64,000 bases of DNA from Deltaproteobacteria bacterium tcs-42 (lineage in GTDB: Bacteria; Desulfobacterota; Desulfuromonadia; Desulfuromonadales; Geopsychrobacteraceae), in the NCBI GenBank assembly GCA_002049545.1, contig LLYT01000001.1, positions 5,605 through 69,604 on the forward strand, written 5' to 3'. Positions 1 through 10,828 of this stretch are shown one piece after another. Both the position numbers and the translations under genes were made by a program. The stretch's first letter is position 1. The number at the start of each line of letters is the position of its first letter. The notes under the pieces were generated by a model. The model was not told the origin of the DNA. It ran no database searches and was given only the letters and a program-made list of their open reading frames with translations.

Positions 1-1
1 G

Positions 2-283
2 GTGATCCGTGCAGAGATGGCTCGACCGGAAGTCTCTGTTATCATAACGAACCGGCCATGTATGCTGGTGCCGCGAGATAATCCGATTCCACGGCCGCCC
101 TTGCTTGTTGATCACGATAAGTGTACGGGCTGCCGCGCTTGTCTGCAGATTGGTTGTCCGGCCATTATCTGGGACGCAGAGAAGAAAAAGTCGATCGTTG
201 ACCCGATTATTTGTACCGGTTGCAAGGTTTGCCTGCAAACCTGTAAATTTGATGCCTTTTCGGAATGTGGTGATAAATCATGA
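2..283 (+). CDS. iorA: Indolepyruvate ferredoxin oxidoreductase alpha subunit, C-terminal part (5' end outside window)
   Basis: Two ferredoxin motifs (CTGCRACLQIGC, CTGCKVCLQTC); stop overlaps the iorB start. Confidence 0.85.
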   Translation: MIRAEMARPEVSVIITNRPCMLVPRDNPIPRPPLLVDHDKCTGCRACLQIGCPAIIWDAEKKKSIVDPIICTGCKVCLQTCKFDAFSECGDKS

Positions 284-867
284 GTCAAATAAACAATATT
301 CTATTGGCAGGTGTTGGAGGACAGGGGATTCTTTTGGCGAGTGAAGTTATCTCCGAAGTGATGCTCCTGGCGGGTCACGATGTTAAAAAGAACGAAATTC
401 ACGGCATGTCACAGCGGGGTGGCAGTGTTGTTTCCCATCTTCGTTATGGCGAAAAGGTCTATTCTTCAATTATTCCGGAAGGTGAAGTCGATATTCTATT
501 CAGCTTTGAATTGCTTGAAACTTGTCGATATCTCCCCTTATTGCGTCAAAACGGACAAGTTGTCGTCAGTGACTGGAAAATTGCTCCACCGGCGGTTGCT
601 CGGGGTGTGCAACCCTATCCGGAAAATCTGGCAGAGAAAATTTGTCAGCAGTTCCCTGCATCTGTCGTTGTTGATGGCTTGAATCTGGCACTCGCTGCAG
701 GCAATGCAAAAACTGTCAATACGGTCCTGCTTGGTGCCTTATCAAATATTCTCGACTATGATCGTGAATTATGGCTGACAGCACTACAAAAAATGATCCC
801 GGCGCGTCTCCTCGATGTCAATCTGAAGGCGTTTGAAGCAGGCTGTCAGGCCAGGTCAATCAGGTAG
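280..867 (+). CDS. iorB: Indolepyruvate ferredoxin oxidoreductase beta subunit
   Basis: AGVGGQG and HGMSQRGGSV motifs of IorB/POR-gamma family. Confidence 0.9.
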   Translation: MSQINNILLAGVGGQGILLASEVISEVMLLAGHDVKKNEIHGMSQRGGSVVSHLRYGEKVYSSIIPEGEVDILFSFELLETCRYLPLLRQNGQVVVSDWKIAPPAVARGVQPYPENLAEKICQQFPASVVVDGLNLALAAGNAKTVNTVLLGALSNILDYDRELWLTALQKMIPARLLDVNLKAFEAGCQARSIR

Positions 868-935
868 ATCAACACAACAGGACGGAAGCGGTTTAGACTG
901 AAAAGCCTATAAAGCCCACACGGAGGTCATAATCA

Positions 936-2243
936 ATGATCTGGAATGATGATTTTGAAACGTTACCGCGAGAAGCGCTCAAGTCTCTACAGCTGAAGCG
1001 CCTCCAGCAGACGGTTGAAAAGGTTTATGCAGCAGTTCCGTTTTATCGTAATTGTTTCGATAAATCGGGAATCAAGCCTGCTGATATCAAAAGTCTGGAT
1101 GATCTTCAGCGTTTACCGTTTACTTTAAAACAAGATATGCGTGACAGCTATCCCTATGGTCTGTTTGCCGTCCCGTTAGAGCAGATCGTGCGGATTCATG
1201 CCTCTTCCGGCACTACTGGCAAACCGACAGTGGTCGGTTACAGTCGGCGCGATATTGACAATTGGACCGAGTTGATGGCGCGATCTTTCGTTGCTGCCGG
1301 AACGAATCGTGGCGATATTATTCATAATGCCTACGGTTATGGATTATTTACCGGTGGCCTGGGGGCACATTATGGCGCTGAGCGAGTTGGCGCGTCAGTT
1401 ATCCCTATGTCGGGTGGAAACACAAAGAAACAACTGATGATCATGCACGATTTTGGTTCGACAGTTCTCACCTGCACACCCTCTTACAGTTTATATCTGG
1501 CTGAGGTTGCAGCGGACGAGGGAATCGATATCCGCCAATTGAAGCTCAAAGTTGGTATTCTTGGCGCCGAACCCTGGAGTGAGAATATGCGTCAGGAAAT
1601 TGAAAACAAACTCAACATCAAGGCAATTGATATTTATGGTTTATCAGAAATTCTCGGTCCGGGTGTCGGAATCGAATGTATTGAAGCACAAAACGGACTG
1701 CATATCTGGGAAGATCACTTTATCCCGGAAATTATTGACCCCGAAACAGGCGAAGTGTTACCCGATGGTGAAAAAGGTGAACTGGTCATTACCACAATCA
1801 CCAAAGAAGGAATTCCACTGATCCGTTACCGAACCCGTGACATCACCAGATTGATCAAGGAACCTTGCATCTGTGGCCGTACCCACGCACGCATTGAACG
1901 ACTCAGTGGTCGTAGCGATGATATGATGATTATTCGCGGCGTTAATGTTTTCCCAAGCCAGATCGAGTCGGTCCTCTTCAATATCGAAGGTGTTGAGCCC
2001 CATTATCAATTGATTATTGAACGGGATGGCAATCTTGACACCCTTGAGATTCAGGTTGAAGTCAACGAACAGACATTCTCGGATGAAATCAAGATACTGC
2101 AAGGGCTATCCAACAAAATAAAAAAAGACATCAAGGACTTGCTTGGTGTGACCTGTAAGGTTCGATTAGTCGAACCCAAAACAATTGCCCGCAGTGAAGG
2201 TAAGGCCAGGCGAGTGATTGATAACCGTCAAAAAGAATCGTGA
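936..2243 (+). CDS. paaK: Phenylacetate--CoA ligase family protein (paralog 1)
   Basis: [15 protein letters not shown] and RYRTRD adenylate-forming motifs; GGAGG RBS upstream. Confidence 0.9.
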   Translation: MIWNDDFETLPREALKSLQLKRLQQTVEKVYAAVPFYRNCFDKSGIKPADIKSLDDLQRLPFTLKQDMRDSYPYGLFAVPLEQIVRIHASSGTTGKPTVVGYSRRDIDNWTELMARSFVAAGTNRGDIIHNAYGYGLFTGGLGAHYGAERVGASVIPMSGGNTKKQLMIMHDFGSTVLTCTPSYSLYLAEVAADEGIDIRQLKLKVGILGAEPWSENMRQEIENKLNIKAIDIYGLSEILGPGVGIECIEAQNGLHIWEDHFIPEIIDPETGEVLPDGEKGELVITTITKEGIPLIRYRTRDITRLIKEPCICGRTHARIERLSGRSDDMMIIRGVNVFPSQIESVLFNIEGVEPHYQLIIERDGNLDTLEIQVEVNEQTFSDEIKILQGLSNKIKKDIKDLLGVTCKVRLVEPKTIARSEGKARRVIDNRQKES

Positions 2244-2253
2244 GGAGGTCAGC

Positions 2254-2685
2254 ATGAAGGTTGAACAGATTTCGATTTTTATTGAAAATAAATCGGGACG
2301 TCTGGCAGAGGTTACCGGTGTTCTTGGTGATAACGGAATCAACATCCGAGCTCTGTCATTAGCTGACACCTCTGACTTTGGTATCCTCCGGTTAATTGTT
2401 GATGATAGTGAAAAAGCTCTCAAGGTGTTGAGGGAACAACAGTTCACCGTCAGCATTACTCATGTTATTGGCGTGGCCGTTCCCGATTCACCTGGCGGAT
2501 TAACGACTATATTGCAGATTCTCGATAAAAGTGGCGTCAATGTTGAATATATGTACGCTTTTGTTGAGCGCTCTGGAGATAATGCCGTTATTATTTTCCG
2601 CTTTGATGATATTGATGAGGCGATAACGGCCTTGGCAAATAATGGAATCAACATCTTGCCAAGCGAGCGGATCACCTCAATATAG
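2254..2685 (+). CDS. Tandem ACT domain protein
   Basis: [20 protein letters not shown], typical of ACT proteins next to paaK; GAGGAGG RBS before ATG 2254. Confidence 0.85.
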   Translation: MKVEQISIFIENKSGRLAEVTGVLGDNGINIRALSLADTSDFGILRLIVDDSEKALKVLREQQFTVSITHVIGVAVPDSPGGLTTILQILDKSGVNVEYMYAFVERSGDNAVIIFRFDDIDEAITALANNGINILPSERITSI

Positions 2686-2749
2686 TACCTATTTTTGAGG
2701 TGTTCATTGTATGGACTTAAATAAAAAGATTAAGGTTTAGCAGCATACT

Positions 2750-4063
2750 ATGGATGTGCCGGTTAAGATCTGGAATCGAGAAGCTGAGTGTCTGCCCCGG
2801 GAAGAGCTACGTCAACTGCAGCTCAAACGTCTGCAGCAGACTCTAACTCTGGTTGCCAATAATGTTCCTTGCTACCAGGCAAAGTTCAAAGAATCGGGTT
2901 TCCAACCCGGTGACCTGAAAACCCTGAAAGATTTACAGCATCTTCCATTTACCAGCAAAGAAGATCTGCGGGTCAATTATCCCTATGGGATGTTTGCCGT
3001 CCCGATGCGTGAAGTGGTCAGAATTCATTCTTCATCGGGGACAACCGGCAAGCCGACCGTTGTCGGTTATACCAAAGCCGACATTAATACCTGGACCGAA
3101 CTGGTTGCCCGCTTTATGACCGCCGCTGGAGTCACCCCGGAAGACATCGTCCATATCGCGTTTGGTTATGGTCTCTTCACCGGTGCTTTTGGACTCCATT
3201 ATGGCTCTGAGGCCATTGGAGCCTCTGTTATCCCCATCTCTGGCGGCAATACTGAAAAGCAATTGATGATCATGCAGGATTACCGTTCCTCGGCGCTCGT
3301 CTGTACCCCCTCATACGGGTTGACACTGGCTGATCGAATCGAAAAACAGGGGATTGACCCACGCTCCCTCGCATTACGGGTTGGGCTGTTCGGAGCAGAA
3401 CCCTGGAGTGAGCAGATGCGGGTTGAACTTGAACAGCGTCTGGGAATTCTCGCAACCGACAATTACGGCCTGTCCGAAATTATGGGCCCCGGAGTGGCCG
3501 GGGAGTGCCTTTTCAAGCAGGGGATGCATTTAGCCGAAGATCACTTTCTCGCCGAGATCATCGATCCTGATACAGGTGAGGTCTTGCCTGACGGCTCTGT
3601 CGGAGAACTGGTCATCACCAGTCTGACCAAACAGGCATTTCCGATGATCCGCTATCGAACTCGAGATATCACCCGATTAAACTATGCTGTTTGCGAATGT
3701 GGCCGCACATTGGCGAGAATGGAAAAAACCCGTGGCCGAACCGATGATATGTTGATTATCAAAGGGGTCAACGTTTTCCCGACGCAGATCGAAGAAGTCC
3801 TGTTCCAGATCGAAGGGTGTGAACCCCATTACCAATTGATTGTTGATCGTGCCAACAACATGGATTCACTTGAAGTCCAGGTGGAGGTGAATGAAAACAT
3901 CTTTTTTGATGAGATGAAACAACAACGTCAATTTGTTGTTCAGGCAGAAAAACGGCTGGCGACTGTTCTGGGTGTCAGTGCCAAGGTTAAACTGGTGGAA
4001 CCGGCGAGCATCACACGCCACGAAGGAAAAGCGGTCCGGGTTATCGACCGGCGACAGCAATAA
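2750..4063 (+). CDS. paaK: Phenylacetate--CoA ligase family protein (paralog 2)
   Basis: [21 protein letters not shown] motifs; clearly homologous to 936-2243. Confidence 0.88.
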   Translation: MDVPVKIWNREAECLPREELRQLQLKRLQQTLTLVANNVPCYQAKFKESGFQPGDLKTLKDLQHLPFTSKEDLRVNYPYGMFAVPMREVVRIHSSSGTTGKPTVVGYTKADINTWTELVARFMTAAGVTPEDIVHIAFGYGLFTGAFGLHYGSEAIGASVIPISGGNTEKQLMIMQDYRSSALVCTPSYGLTLADRIEKQGIDPRSLALRVGLFGAEPWSEQMRVELEQRLGILATDNYGLSEIMGPGVAGECLFKQGMHLAEDHFLAEIIDPDTGEVLPDGSVGELVITSLTKQAFPMIRYRTRDITRLNYAVCECGRTLARMEKTRGRTDDMLIIKGVNVFPTQIEEVLFQIEGCEPHYQLIVDRANNMDSLEVQVEVNENIFFDEMKQQRQFVVQAEKRLATVLGVSAKVKLVEPASITRHEGKAVRVIDRRQQ

Positions 4064-4133
4064 CCGCCAATTTTCTTGACAAGACAGGACGAATAAAAGA
4101 TAATTCGCGGCGTTTGAAGAAACAAAACAATAA

Positions 4134-4210
4134 CGGGATGTGGCGCAGTCTGGTAGCGCACTTGACTGGGGGTCAAGGGGCCGGAGGTTCAAATCCTCTC
4201 ATCCCGACCA
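4134..4210 (+). tRNA. tRNA-Pro(GGG)
   Basis: CGGGATG...CATCCCG acceptor stem, D loop GTCTGGTAG, anticodon arm CTTGA-CTGGGGG-TCAAG, GGTTCAAATCC T arm, encoded CCA end. Confidence 0.97.
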
Positions 4211-4215
4211 ATAAA

Positions 4216-4258
4216 AACAAGGACTTACCCTTTTAGGTTGAGTCCTTGTTCTGTTTTT
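4216..4258. terminator. Probable bidirectional intrinsic terminator after the tRNA
   Basis: AACAAGGACT...AGTCCTTGTT stem flanked by A and T runs, between convergent tRNA and kinase gene. Confidence 0.65.
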
Positions 4259-4274
4259 GAGTACATCTCACGTT

Positions 4275-6281
4275 TCATGATGAGGGAATATATTCAGAGT
4301 CAAGAACGGCCCTGGTTGTTTGCAGCAGCACAGATAACTTCAAGGGCTTTAAACAAAAGGCCCTCACACCAAGCTCCTTGGCAGATTTGTCGTCAATTTT
4401 TGTACTGTACCCTGTGCATAGAATTGTTGGTAGATCGGGTCTGATCTTCAGCAGCTCCTTAATTAAGTCATTACCACAAAGATCGGGCATGGTTTGATCG
4501 GTAATAACTAAATCAAAATAAGCTTGGTTAGCCGCAAACAACTTCAGCGCTTCTGTACTTTCCGTCATGGTCGTCACTTGGTAACCTGCTTGAGAAAGCA
4601 TCTGATTTCCCAATTTAGCCAACATCTCATCATCATCAATAAAAAGTATTTTTTCTGTCCCCTGGGGGAGGTCTTGATTCACGGATATCGTTTCTGCTGC
4701 CTGGGGCTGCTCTATTACAGGGAAAAAGAGTTCAAAGGTTGTCCCATTGCCGAGGCCACTTTCAAATTTTATAAATCCGCCATATTGCTCCATAATTCGA
4801 TAGACTGTCGCTAGTCCCATCCCCGTTCCGACACCAACATCTTTGGTTGTAAAAAAGGGATCAAAAATTTTCTGCTGAATTTCTTCCGACATCCCGGTGC
4901 CACTATCTCTAACACTGAGTTTGGCATAATATCCGGACTTGCACTCATGTACCGCCGGGATGTCTTGAGGCAGCAACTCAACAGTCCGCAGTGAAACTAT
5001 CAAGTCCCCCTTTTCATCCATAGCCTGTATGGCATTATTACAGAGGTTGAGAAGCATTTCTTGAATCTGTGATGAATCGGCGTTGATAGTGGCATCACCA
5101 TGACTAGATTCAATCTGCTTTTGCAGGTTAATTGTGCTGGGAATGGTCGAATTTAATAGCTTCAAGGTTTCATCAACAATTGGTGCCAGCTGAATCGGCA
5201 AGACATCCTTGTTTTCCTTACGGCTGTATAACATGATCTGTTCAATCAAGTCACGAGATCGGTGGACAGCGATTTTAGCGTTCTCAAGATAATCAACAAC
5301 ATTGCTACCTACGGGCAATTTAATCAGGCCAAGTTCAATATTCCCAAGAATAATCGCCAGATGGTTATTGAAATTATGAGCCATTCCACCAGCCAACATA
5401 CCCACCGCTTCCATTTTTTGTGATTGCAACAGTTGCTCCTGAAGCTTCTTCATCTCAGTGATATCGTGGGCAATTCCATAAATAGAGGCTATTTGACCTT
5501 GCTCATCATAATGAAAGTTAGCAGTCCACAACAGGTCATGAACACCACCGGTGATCGGGTTAACCTGACGGTTCTCGATGTTTCCCTGAATCAATTTTTT
5601 CCCCAGACAATCCTTTAGCCAGGCTTCTGTTTTTTCGCGATCGTCAGGATGGACAAACTGCAAGGCATTCTGTCCTATAAGCTGATCAAGATCAGAACCA
5701 AAAAACAATTTTCCCATATGGTTCACGTAAATCAGGTTTCCTTCTGCATCCATCTGGGTTATAAGATCTGTCGTTCCTTCCACTAGTTCCTGATAAGTTC
5801 GGGTCAGCTTTTCACGCTCGGCCATTTCTTCCTGCAGTTGAGCTGTCCGTTCCTTGACCATTGATTCAAGTTTTTTATGGTATTCTTGCAACTCCTCTTC
5901 GTTCTGTTGGCGTTTCAAAGCTAGTTCCACTGTGGTCGGAAGCACTCTGATATAAAATCCCTCTGGATCTTTAATCAGATAATCACTGGCTCCAAGCTTC
6001 ATCGCCTTAACCGCAACATCCTCATCGCCACTCCCGGTTGTGATAATAATAGGGGTTCCTTTGTAGGCATCAAACAACTCAAACGAGGTACCATCTCCAA
6101 GCATATAGTCAGAGATAATGATATCAAAATTATTCGTTTTTAATACCTCAAAAGCCTCAGCAACAGATCCGGCAATCTTATAGTCGTAGGGAAGGTTTTC
6201 GCGTTTTACGAACCGCTCAAACGACATTTGATCCACTTTGTCATCCTCAACAAGGAGAATACGGGTTGTTGCATCTGGCAT
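4275..6281 (-). CDS. Hybrid sensor histidine kinase (REC-PAS-HisKA-HATPase-REC)
   Basis: N-terminal ILLVEDD receiver, PAS, GGMAHNFNN H-box, FDPFFTTK and GTGMGL boxes, C-terminal receiver; start moved to ATG 6281 (GGAGG RBS). Confidence 0.9.
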   Translation of the reverse strand: MPDATTRILLVEDDKVDQMSFERFVKRENLPYDYKIAGSVAEAFEVLKTNNFDIIISDYMLGDGTSFELFDAYKGTPIIITTGSGDEDVAVKAMKLGASDYLIKDPEGFYIRVLPTTVELALKRQQNEEELQEYHKKLESMVKERTAQLQEEMAEREKLTRTYQELVEGTTDLITQMDAEGNLIYVNHMGKLFFGSDLDQLIGQNALQFVHPDDREKTEAWLKDCLGKKLIQGNIENRQVNPITGGVHDLLWTANFHYDEQGQIASIYGIAHDITEMKKLQEQLLQSQKMEAVGMLAGGMAHNFNNHLAIILGNIELGLIKLPVGSNVVDYLENAKIAVHRSRDLIEQIMLYSRKENKDVLPIQLAPIVDETLKLLNSTIPSTINLQKQIESSHGDATINADSSQIQEMLLNLCNNAIQAMDEKGDLIVSLRTVELLPQDIPAVHECKSGYYAKLSVRDSGTGMSEEIQQKIFDPFFTTKDVGVGTGMGLATVYRIMEQYGGFIKFESGLGNGTTFELFFPVIEQPQAAETISVNQDLPQGTEKILFIDDDEMLAKLGNQMLSQAGYQVTTMTESTEALKLFAANQAYFDLVITDQTMPDLCGNDLIKELLKIRPDLPTILCTGYSTKIDDKSAKELGVRAFCLKPLKLSVLLQTTRAVLDSEYIPSS

Positions 6282-6294
6282 GGTTGCCTCCAAT

Positions 6295-7677
6295 TTAGGA
6301 TTGCTGTTTTGAATTTTTTTCTGCTTCAAGAACCCTGATTCTTTCCTTGAGATCCTTAATTCTGAATTCACGATCAGCAAAAAGTTCATTCATTTTTTCA
6401 AGAGAAGCATTCTTTGATTCCAGTTCGGTAGTTCTCTCTTTAATCAAAGTTTCGAGCTTTGCGTGGTATAGTTTTAATTCTTCTTCTATTTTTTTACGCT
6501 CAGTTATATCACGGAAAAAATCCAGTTTACCCTGACTGCCATCTGCAAGCTTTATTGGGGTGTCCAGCAAATCGTATGTTTTGCCATCTTTTTCAGAGAA
6601 CCATTCCCACTGAACCGCTTTCCCCGCTTTGATCTCCTGGAATTTACACCAGGGACAAACGTTATCGAGGCCATAAAGATACTTATAGCATTTAACCCCT
6701 TCGAAGGAGCCAAGCCCGTTTTCCACAACCGGATTTACGTACTGGATATCAAACTGTCCATTAACAATATAAATTCCATCCTCCATACAATCGAGGATGT
6801 TAAGTAAATTATTTCTTTCTAAACGCAGATCCATTTCCGTCTGTTGTCGTTTCTCGACCATGTGTTTAAATGCAGCCGCAAGATCCCCCAGTTCATCACG
6901 GCTGGTCACTGGTATCGGAACCGTGTAGTTGCCGACAGCAATCTCTCCAACGGCTGAATTCAGTGAGGTCAAACGTTTGATGACCAATCGGTTCAATAAC
7001 CATCCCCCAAAAAAGAAAACAAGGAGAAAGCCGAACAAATGCTTCCCTGCCATTTGTAACCGGGCATCAATAATGTCCTGGAGTACCAATGAGACAGGGA
7101 GTTTGATGCTCATCACACCACGGAGTTCCCCAAGTTTATAATCAAACGAGGTATAGTAAGCCTTGCTGATCTCATCCGGGGCCTCTTCAGATGCTCCGTG
7201 GCATTTCAAGCAGTATTTCTCGACAAAGATAGGGGCAGTGAAATGATAAAAATTATCCCCCTGTTTATTTTTGAAATAGGTCATTCGCTCTTTTTCACCG
7301 GGGTTTTCACGAAAATAGGCCATTGCCTGCAGCTCAAGATCATCTGCCTGATTCCCCAGATTGCGGGGGCGATCACTCACATTGTTGAAGGTTAATCCAC
7401 TATTGCTCCAATTGAGAAAATCGCTCGAGATGCGACTGAGGGCATGGGCAGGAAGAAAACCCAGGGTTTTATCGCTGAGCGACACACCACTATCGATAAA
7501 TTGGTAGTGGTAGACCCGCCGGACCGCCATCAGGATGTGCCTGATTTCCCTTGCATTCTGGCGTAGTTCAAGTGCTATCCGTTTGCGGGCTTGTTGATAA
7601 CCTAAGAGTTCAATACCGGCAAATGTTACAATCAGCACCAATCCAAAGGAGAGCAATAATTTCAATTGAAGTTTCAT
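6295..7677 (-). CDS. Membrane sensor: periplasmic c-type heme (DUF3365-like) domain, HAMP, PAS, coiled coil; no kinase domain
   Basis: N-terminal TM, CLKCH heme motif, second TM, HAMP (SRDELGDLAAAFKHM), PAS-like segment, coiled-coil end. Confidence 0.75.
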   Translation of the reverse strand: MKLQLKLLLSFGLVLIVTFAGIELLGYQQARKRIALELRQNAREIRHILMAVRRVYHYQFIDSGVSLSDKTLGFLPAHALSRISSDFLNWSNSGLTFNNVSDRPRNLGNQADDLELQAMAYFRENPGEKERMTYFKNKQGDNFYHFTAPIFVEKYCLKCHGASEEAPDEISKAYYTSFDYKLGELRGVMSIKLPVSLVLQDIIDARLQMAGKHLFGFLLVFFFGGWLLNRLVIKRLTSLNSAVGEIAVGNYTVPIPVTSRDELGDLAAAFKHMVEKRQQTEMDLRLERNNLLNILDCMEDGIYIVNGQFDIQYVNPVVENGLGSFEGVKCYKYLYGLDNVCPWCKFQEIKAGKAVQWEWFSEKDGKTYDLLDTPIKLADGSQGKLDFFRDITERKKIEEELKLYHAKLETLIKERTTELESKNASLEKMNELFADREFRIKDLKERIRVLEAEKNSKQQS

Positions 7678-7734
7678 AGTATAAGCTCATTACAGACTGA
7701 TTTATGGCTGAAACTTTTGGCTCAGCTATTCAAA

Positions 7735-8148
7735 TTAACCAGGCAGCTCGCTCAAGGTCCAATACAGATCAATTGTTTTGACCACCTCAACAAATTTCAA
7801 ATAATCAACTGGCTTGATCATGTAGCCGGCAACCCCTAAATTGAAGCTGTCCACCTTATCCTGGTCTTCTTTGGATGTTGTCAGGACAACCACCGGGATA
7901 TTTTTAAGATCGTCGTCTTGCTTGGCAATTTCAAGAAATTCAATACCATTCATTTTGGGCATATTGAGATCGAGCAGGATAATCCCCGGTTGTTCGTTGT
8001 CCGAGTTTTGTAGAAAAGCCAGTGCTTCTTCACCATTATTAGTGATGTCCAGTCGATTCGTGACATTGATTTCTTTTAACGCCCGTTTGACTGTCATGGC
8101 ATCGACCTGATCATCCTCCACCAGCAGAATCGGTTTAGTGCTTCTCAT
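7735..8148 (-). CDS. Single-domain response regulator (Rcp1/CheY-like)
   Basis: ILLVEDD, ILLDLNMPKMNG, VVVLTTS, YMIKP. Confidence 0.9.
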   Translation of the reverse strand: MRSTKPILLVEDDQVDAMTVKRALKEINVTNRLDITNNGEEALAFLQNSDNEQPGIILLDLNMPKMNGIEFLEIAKQDDDLKNIPVVVLTTSKEDQDKVDSFNLGVAGYMIKPVDYLKFVEVVKTIDLYWTLSELPG

Positions 8149-10828
8149 CTGTTATCTCCTTATCGGGCAAAGTAAAAAAGAATGTTGTCCCGTGACCCTC
8201 TTCCGCTTCTACCCAGATTTCACCACCATAAATACTCACTATCTTTTTAACTAAGGCCAGCCCAATACCGGTGCTTTCATTTTCGTCACGGGGTGATAGT
8301 GTCTGGAATATTTGAAAAATTTTGTCGTGGTATTTTTTACTGATGCCAGGTCCATTATCTGAAATCGTGAATTGCCAGAAATTTTCCTCTTTTGTGCAGT
8401 TAATTTCTACCACACCTTTATCTTTATCCATATATTTGATGGCATTTTCGATAAGATTCTGAAAGAGCTGTCCAACTCGAAGCGTATCCAGATAAACAAC
8501 CGGTAACTCATTTGCGATAGAGATCTGAATCGTCTCTGGCGGAGCAATACTGGCGACAAGCTCAGCTATAAGTTCGTTCAAGTCGATCCGTTCCATTTTA
8601 CCCCTGATTTGGCCAATGCGTGAGTAACGGAGAATCCCCTCTATCAGACTATCCATCCGTTTAACTCTCTGCAGGATCAAGTCCATCTGCATCCTGCCGT
8701 CTTCATCAAATGCGTTTGCGTAATCTTCTGCAATCCAGTGGGTCAACTGGCTGATGGCGCGCAAAGGGGCTTTCAAATCGTGAGATACAATATAGGCGAA
8801 CTCTTTTAATTCGGTGTTAATGGCCGCATATTTGCTGTTCAGACTCTGAAGTTCGGCTCTGGATTCGTTGACGTCTTCCACGAGGTGGATGAGTGCTTGC
8901 TCTGACTTTTCAAGTTGGCCCGTTTTTGTTTCCAATGTATCGACCTTGTTTTCAAGGTCCTTCGTCTGCTCGTTAATAAGATCTTCAAGGTGCATTTTGT
9001 TCTCGAATAATTCATTTTCTACCTGTTTAAGTTCCGTAATATCGTAAACAACACCTTCATAATGGGTAATTTCACCACTGGGATTTCTACGCATATAGGT
9101 TGTATCGTTCACCCATTTTACCTCACCATTTTGCGTCAAAATCCGATAAGGTTTATGGGTAAATGTATTCTGCGTTCTCTTTTGGCTGTTGCTGACAACT
9201 TCTCCGGTGACCCTTTCTTGATCGTCAGCGTGAATTAATTCCAGATAACGGACCTTTCCCGACCGGAAATCCAGTGAAGAGTACCCAAATAACATCTCAA
9301 CATTGCCGGATACATAATCGACGGGCCAACCATCTTCATTTCGCCACAAGAAAGCGACTGCCGGGCTCCGGTTAATAATTGTATTGGCTTCTAAAAGAGA
9401 CGCCTGAGCACTCTTGCGGTCGGTCGTGTCAGTGATTATCCCAACCATTCCAATCAAGCGGCGATGGTGATCATAAAGCCCGGTTCCTGAAAGTTCCCCC
9501 CAGAAAACACTGCCATCTTTACGGATGTAACGTTTTTCTCGTTGAAACGTCTGTTGATCTACGTTTTCTGCCAACCTTTCAATTATCGGCGTTTGTAACT
9601 GTTCATCCGGGTAGCTCAGATCACGAAAATTCATGGTCAGAAGTTCATCCCGGCTGTAGCCCGTCATCACTTCCCATTGTCGATTGATCTGTTTATAGAA
9701 GCCTTCTGCATCTAAAGTGACCATCCCAGTCAATTTGTTATCATAAATCGCCTTTAATGCCTCCTCGGTTTTCTTTTTTTCCTCCAATGTGGATTGCAGG
9801 GAAGCTCGATAAATCAGGATTGCAAGGAGAACCGTCCCGGTCAAAAGGAAATAAATCAAGAATTGATCAGCCAGTTTTTCAATGTTTGGTTCCGATGTGA
9901 AACCAATCAGATAACCACTTTTTTCATAGCTGATATCCGCTACAGGATGAAAGACAACTGAAAAGGATTTATTGTTATTGGTCACAGAAAGGTTAAACGC
10001 TACTCCTTGCGACATATTTTTTTGCACCCGAGGGTTATTTTTCAGTTGTGCAAATAAATTGTGTATTTCGGTTGGAATTTCCTCCTTCTGCTCCTGATCT
10101 TGAAAAAGTTCCGAAATATATTTGGAGCGGATAAAGTCCGGGTGGATTTCGTTGGCAACATAGTAAAGTTCATTCTCTGCAAACGACTTTTCTAGACCCC
10201 CTTGTTTTTTCTGAAAAAAAACAAACTGCGTCTGCTGAGCAGTTTCAAGCTGTTGAACCTTGTGATAAATCTTACGATAAGGGTTACTGACTTCAACGGA
10301 TCCAATGTGTTCACCATGATAAAGAAGCGGGTAGACATGCCGATACCCATTGATATAACGACCAGGCTCATAACCGTGAACCGGAAGAAGAGAGCTATTT
10401 ACCAGTGCAATTGCAGGACGTATATCGGTGAGATCATCACCAACATTTTGCGGAAGATGAAACCGCAGTAAAGAGCGATTGTCCGGAAAGTGAAAGTGGA
10501 GGATTTTGACAACATTCTTCTTGCTGCGTTGATAGGTTGCAGACAAAGCTCTGTAGAGCAGGCCACGTTGAATAATCTGTTCATCACCTTCGCTGTGAAC
10601 TATTTTATGAACCAGAGCGAGAATTTTTTCCTGATTTAAAACCTCGTGATAAAATGTATCTGCCAATATTTTGTTGGATTGCAAAACGCTGGAGTAAGCA
10701 ATTTTCTGAGTTTCAGTGCGTTGTGTCAGGATATTAACCCTTAAATTTTTATAGGTTGTTTGTAGAACAAAACCGATCACGAGCATTGCCAGGAGATAAA
10801 ATAACAGAAGTTTGAGCCAGTTTTTCAT
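8135..10828 (-). CDS. Membrane sensor histidine kinase with periplasmic Cache-like domain and two PAS domains
   Basis: Two TM segments, PAS/PAC repeats, FAYIVSHDLKAPL H-box, LIENAIKY, DNGPGI, STGIGL. Confidence 0.9.
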   Translation of the reverse strand: MKNWLKLLLFYLLAMLVIGFVLQTTYKNLRVNILTQRTETQKIAYSSVLQSNKILADTFYHEVLNQEKILALVHKIVHSEGDEQIIQRGLLYRALSATYQRSKKNVVKILHFHFPDNRSLLRFHLPQNVGDDLTDIRPAIALVNSSLLPVHGYEPGRYINGYRHVYPLLYHGEHIGSVEVSNPYRKIYHKVQQLETAQQTQFVFFQKKQGGLEKSFAENELYYVANEIHPDFIRSKYISELFQDQEQKEEIPTEIHNLFAQLKNNPRVQKNMSQGVAFNLSVTNNNKSFSVVFHPVADISYEKSGYLIGFTSEPNIEKLADQFLIYFLLTGTVLLAILIYRASLQSTLEEKKKTEEALKAIYDNKLTGMVTLDAEGFYKQINRQWEVMTGYSRDELLTMNFRDLSYPDEQLQTPIIERLAENVDQQTFQREKRYIRKDGSVFWGELSGTGLYDHHRRLIGMVGIITDTTDRKSAQASLLEANTIINRSPAVAFLWRNEDGWPVDYVSGNVEMLFGYSSLDFRSGKVRYLELIHADDQERVTGEVVSNSQKRTQNTFTHKPYRILTQNGEVKWVNDTTYMRRNPSGEITHYEGVVYDITELKQVENELFENKMHLEDLINEQTKDLENKVDTLETKTGQLEKSEQALIHLVEDVNESRAELQSLNSKYAAINTELKEFAYIVSHDLKAPLRAISQLTHWIAEDYANAFDEDGRMQMDLILQRVKRMDSLIEGILRYSRIGQIRGKMERIDLNELIAELVASIAPPETIQISIANELPVVYLDTLRVGQLFQNLIENAIKYMDKDKGVVEINCTKEENFWQFTISDNGPGISKKYHDKIFQIFQTLSPRDENESTGIGLALVKKIVSIYGGEIWVEAEEGHGTTFFFTLPDKEITDEKH

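Noticed and set aside
4134-4210. tRNA-Pro as attB of a single integrated element
   Set aside because: No integrase in the window and no duplicate of the tRNA 3' end found by eye downstream.
6282-6389. Longer N-terminus of the hybrid kinase in the ORF track
   Set aside because: Overlaps the upstream gene; ATG 6281 has a GGAGG RBS and starts at the receiver domain.
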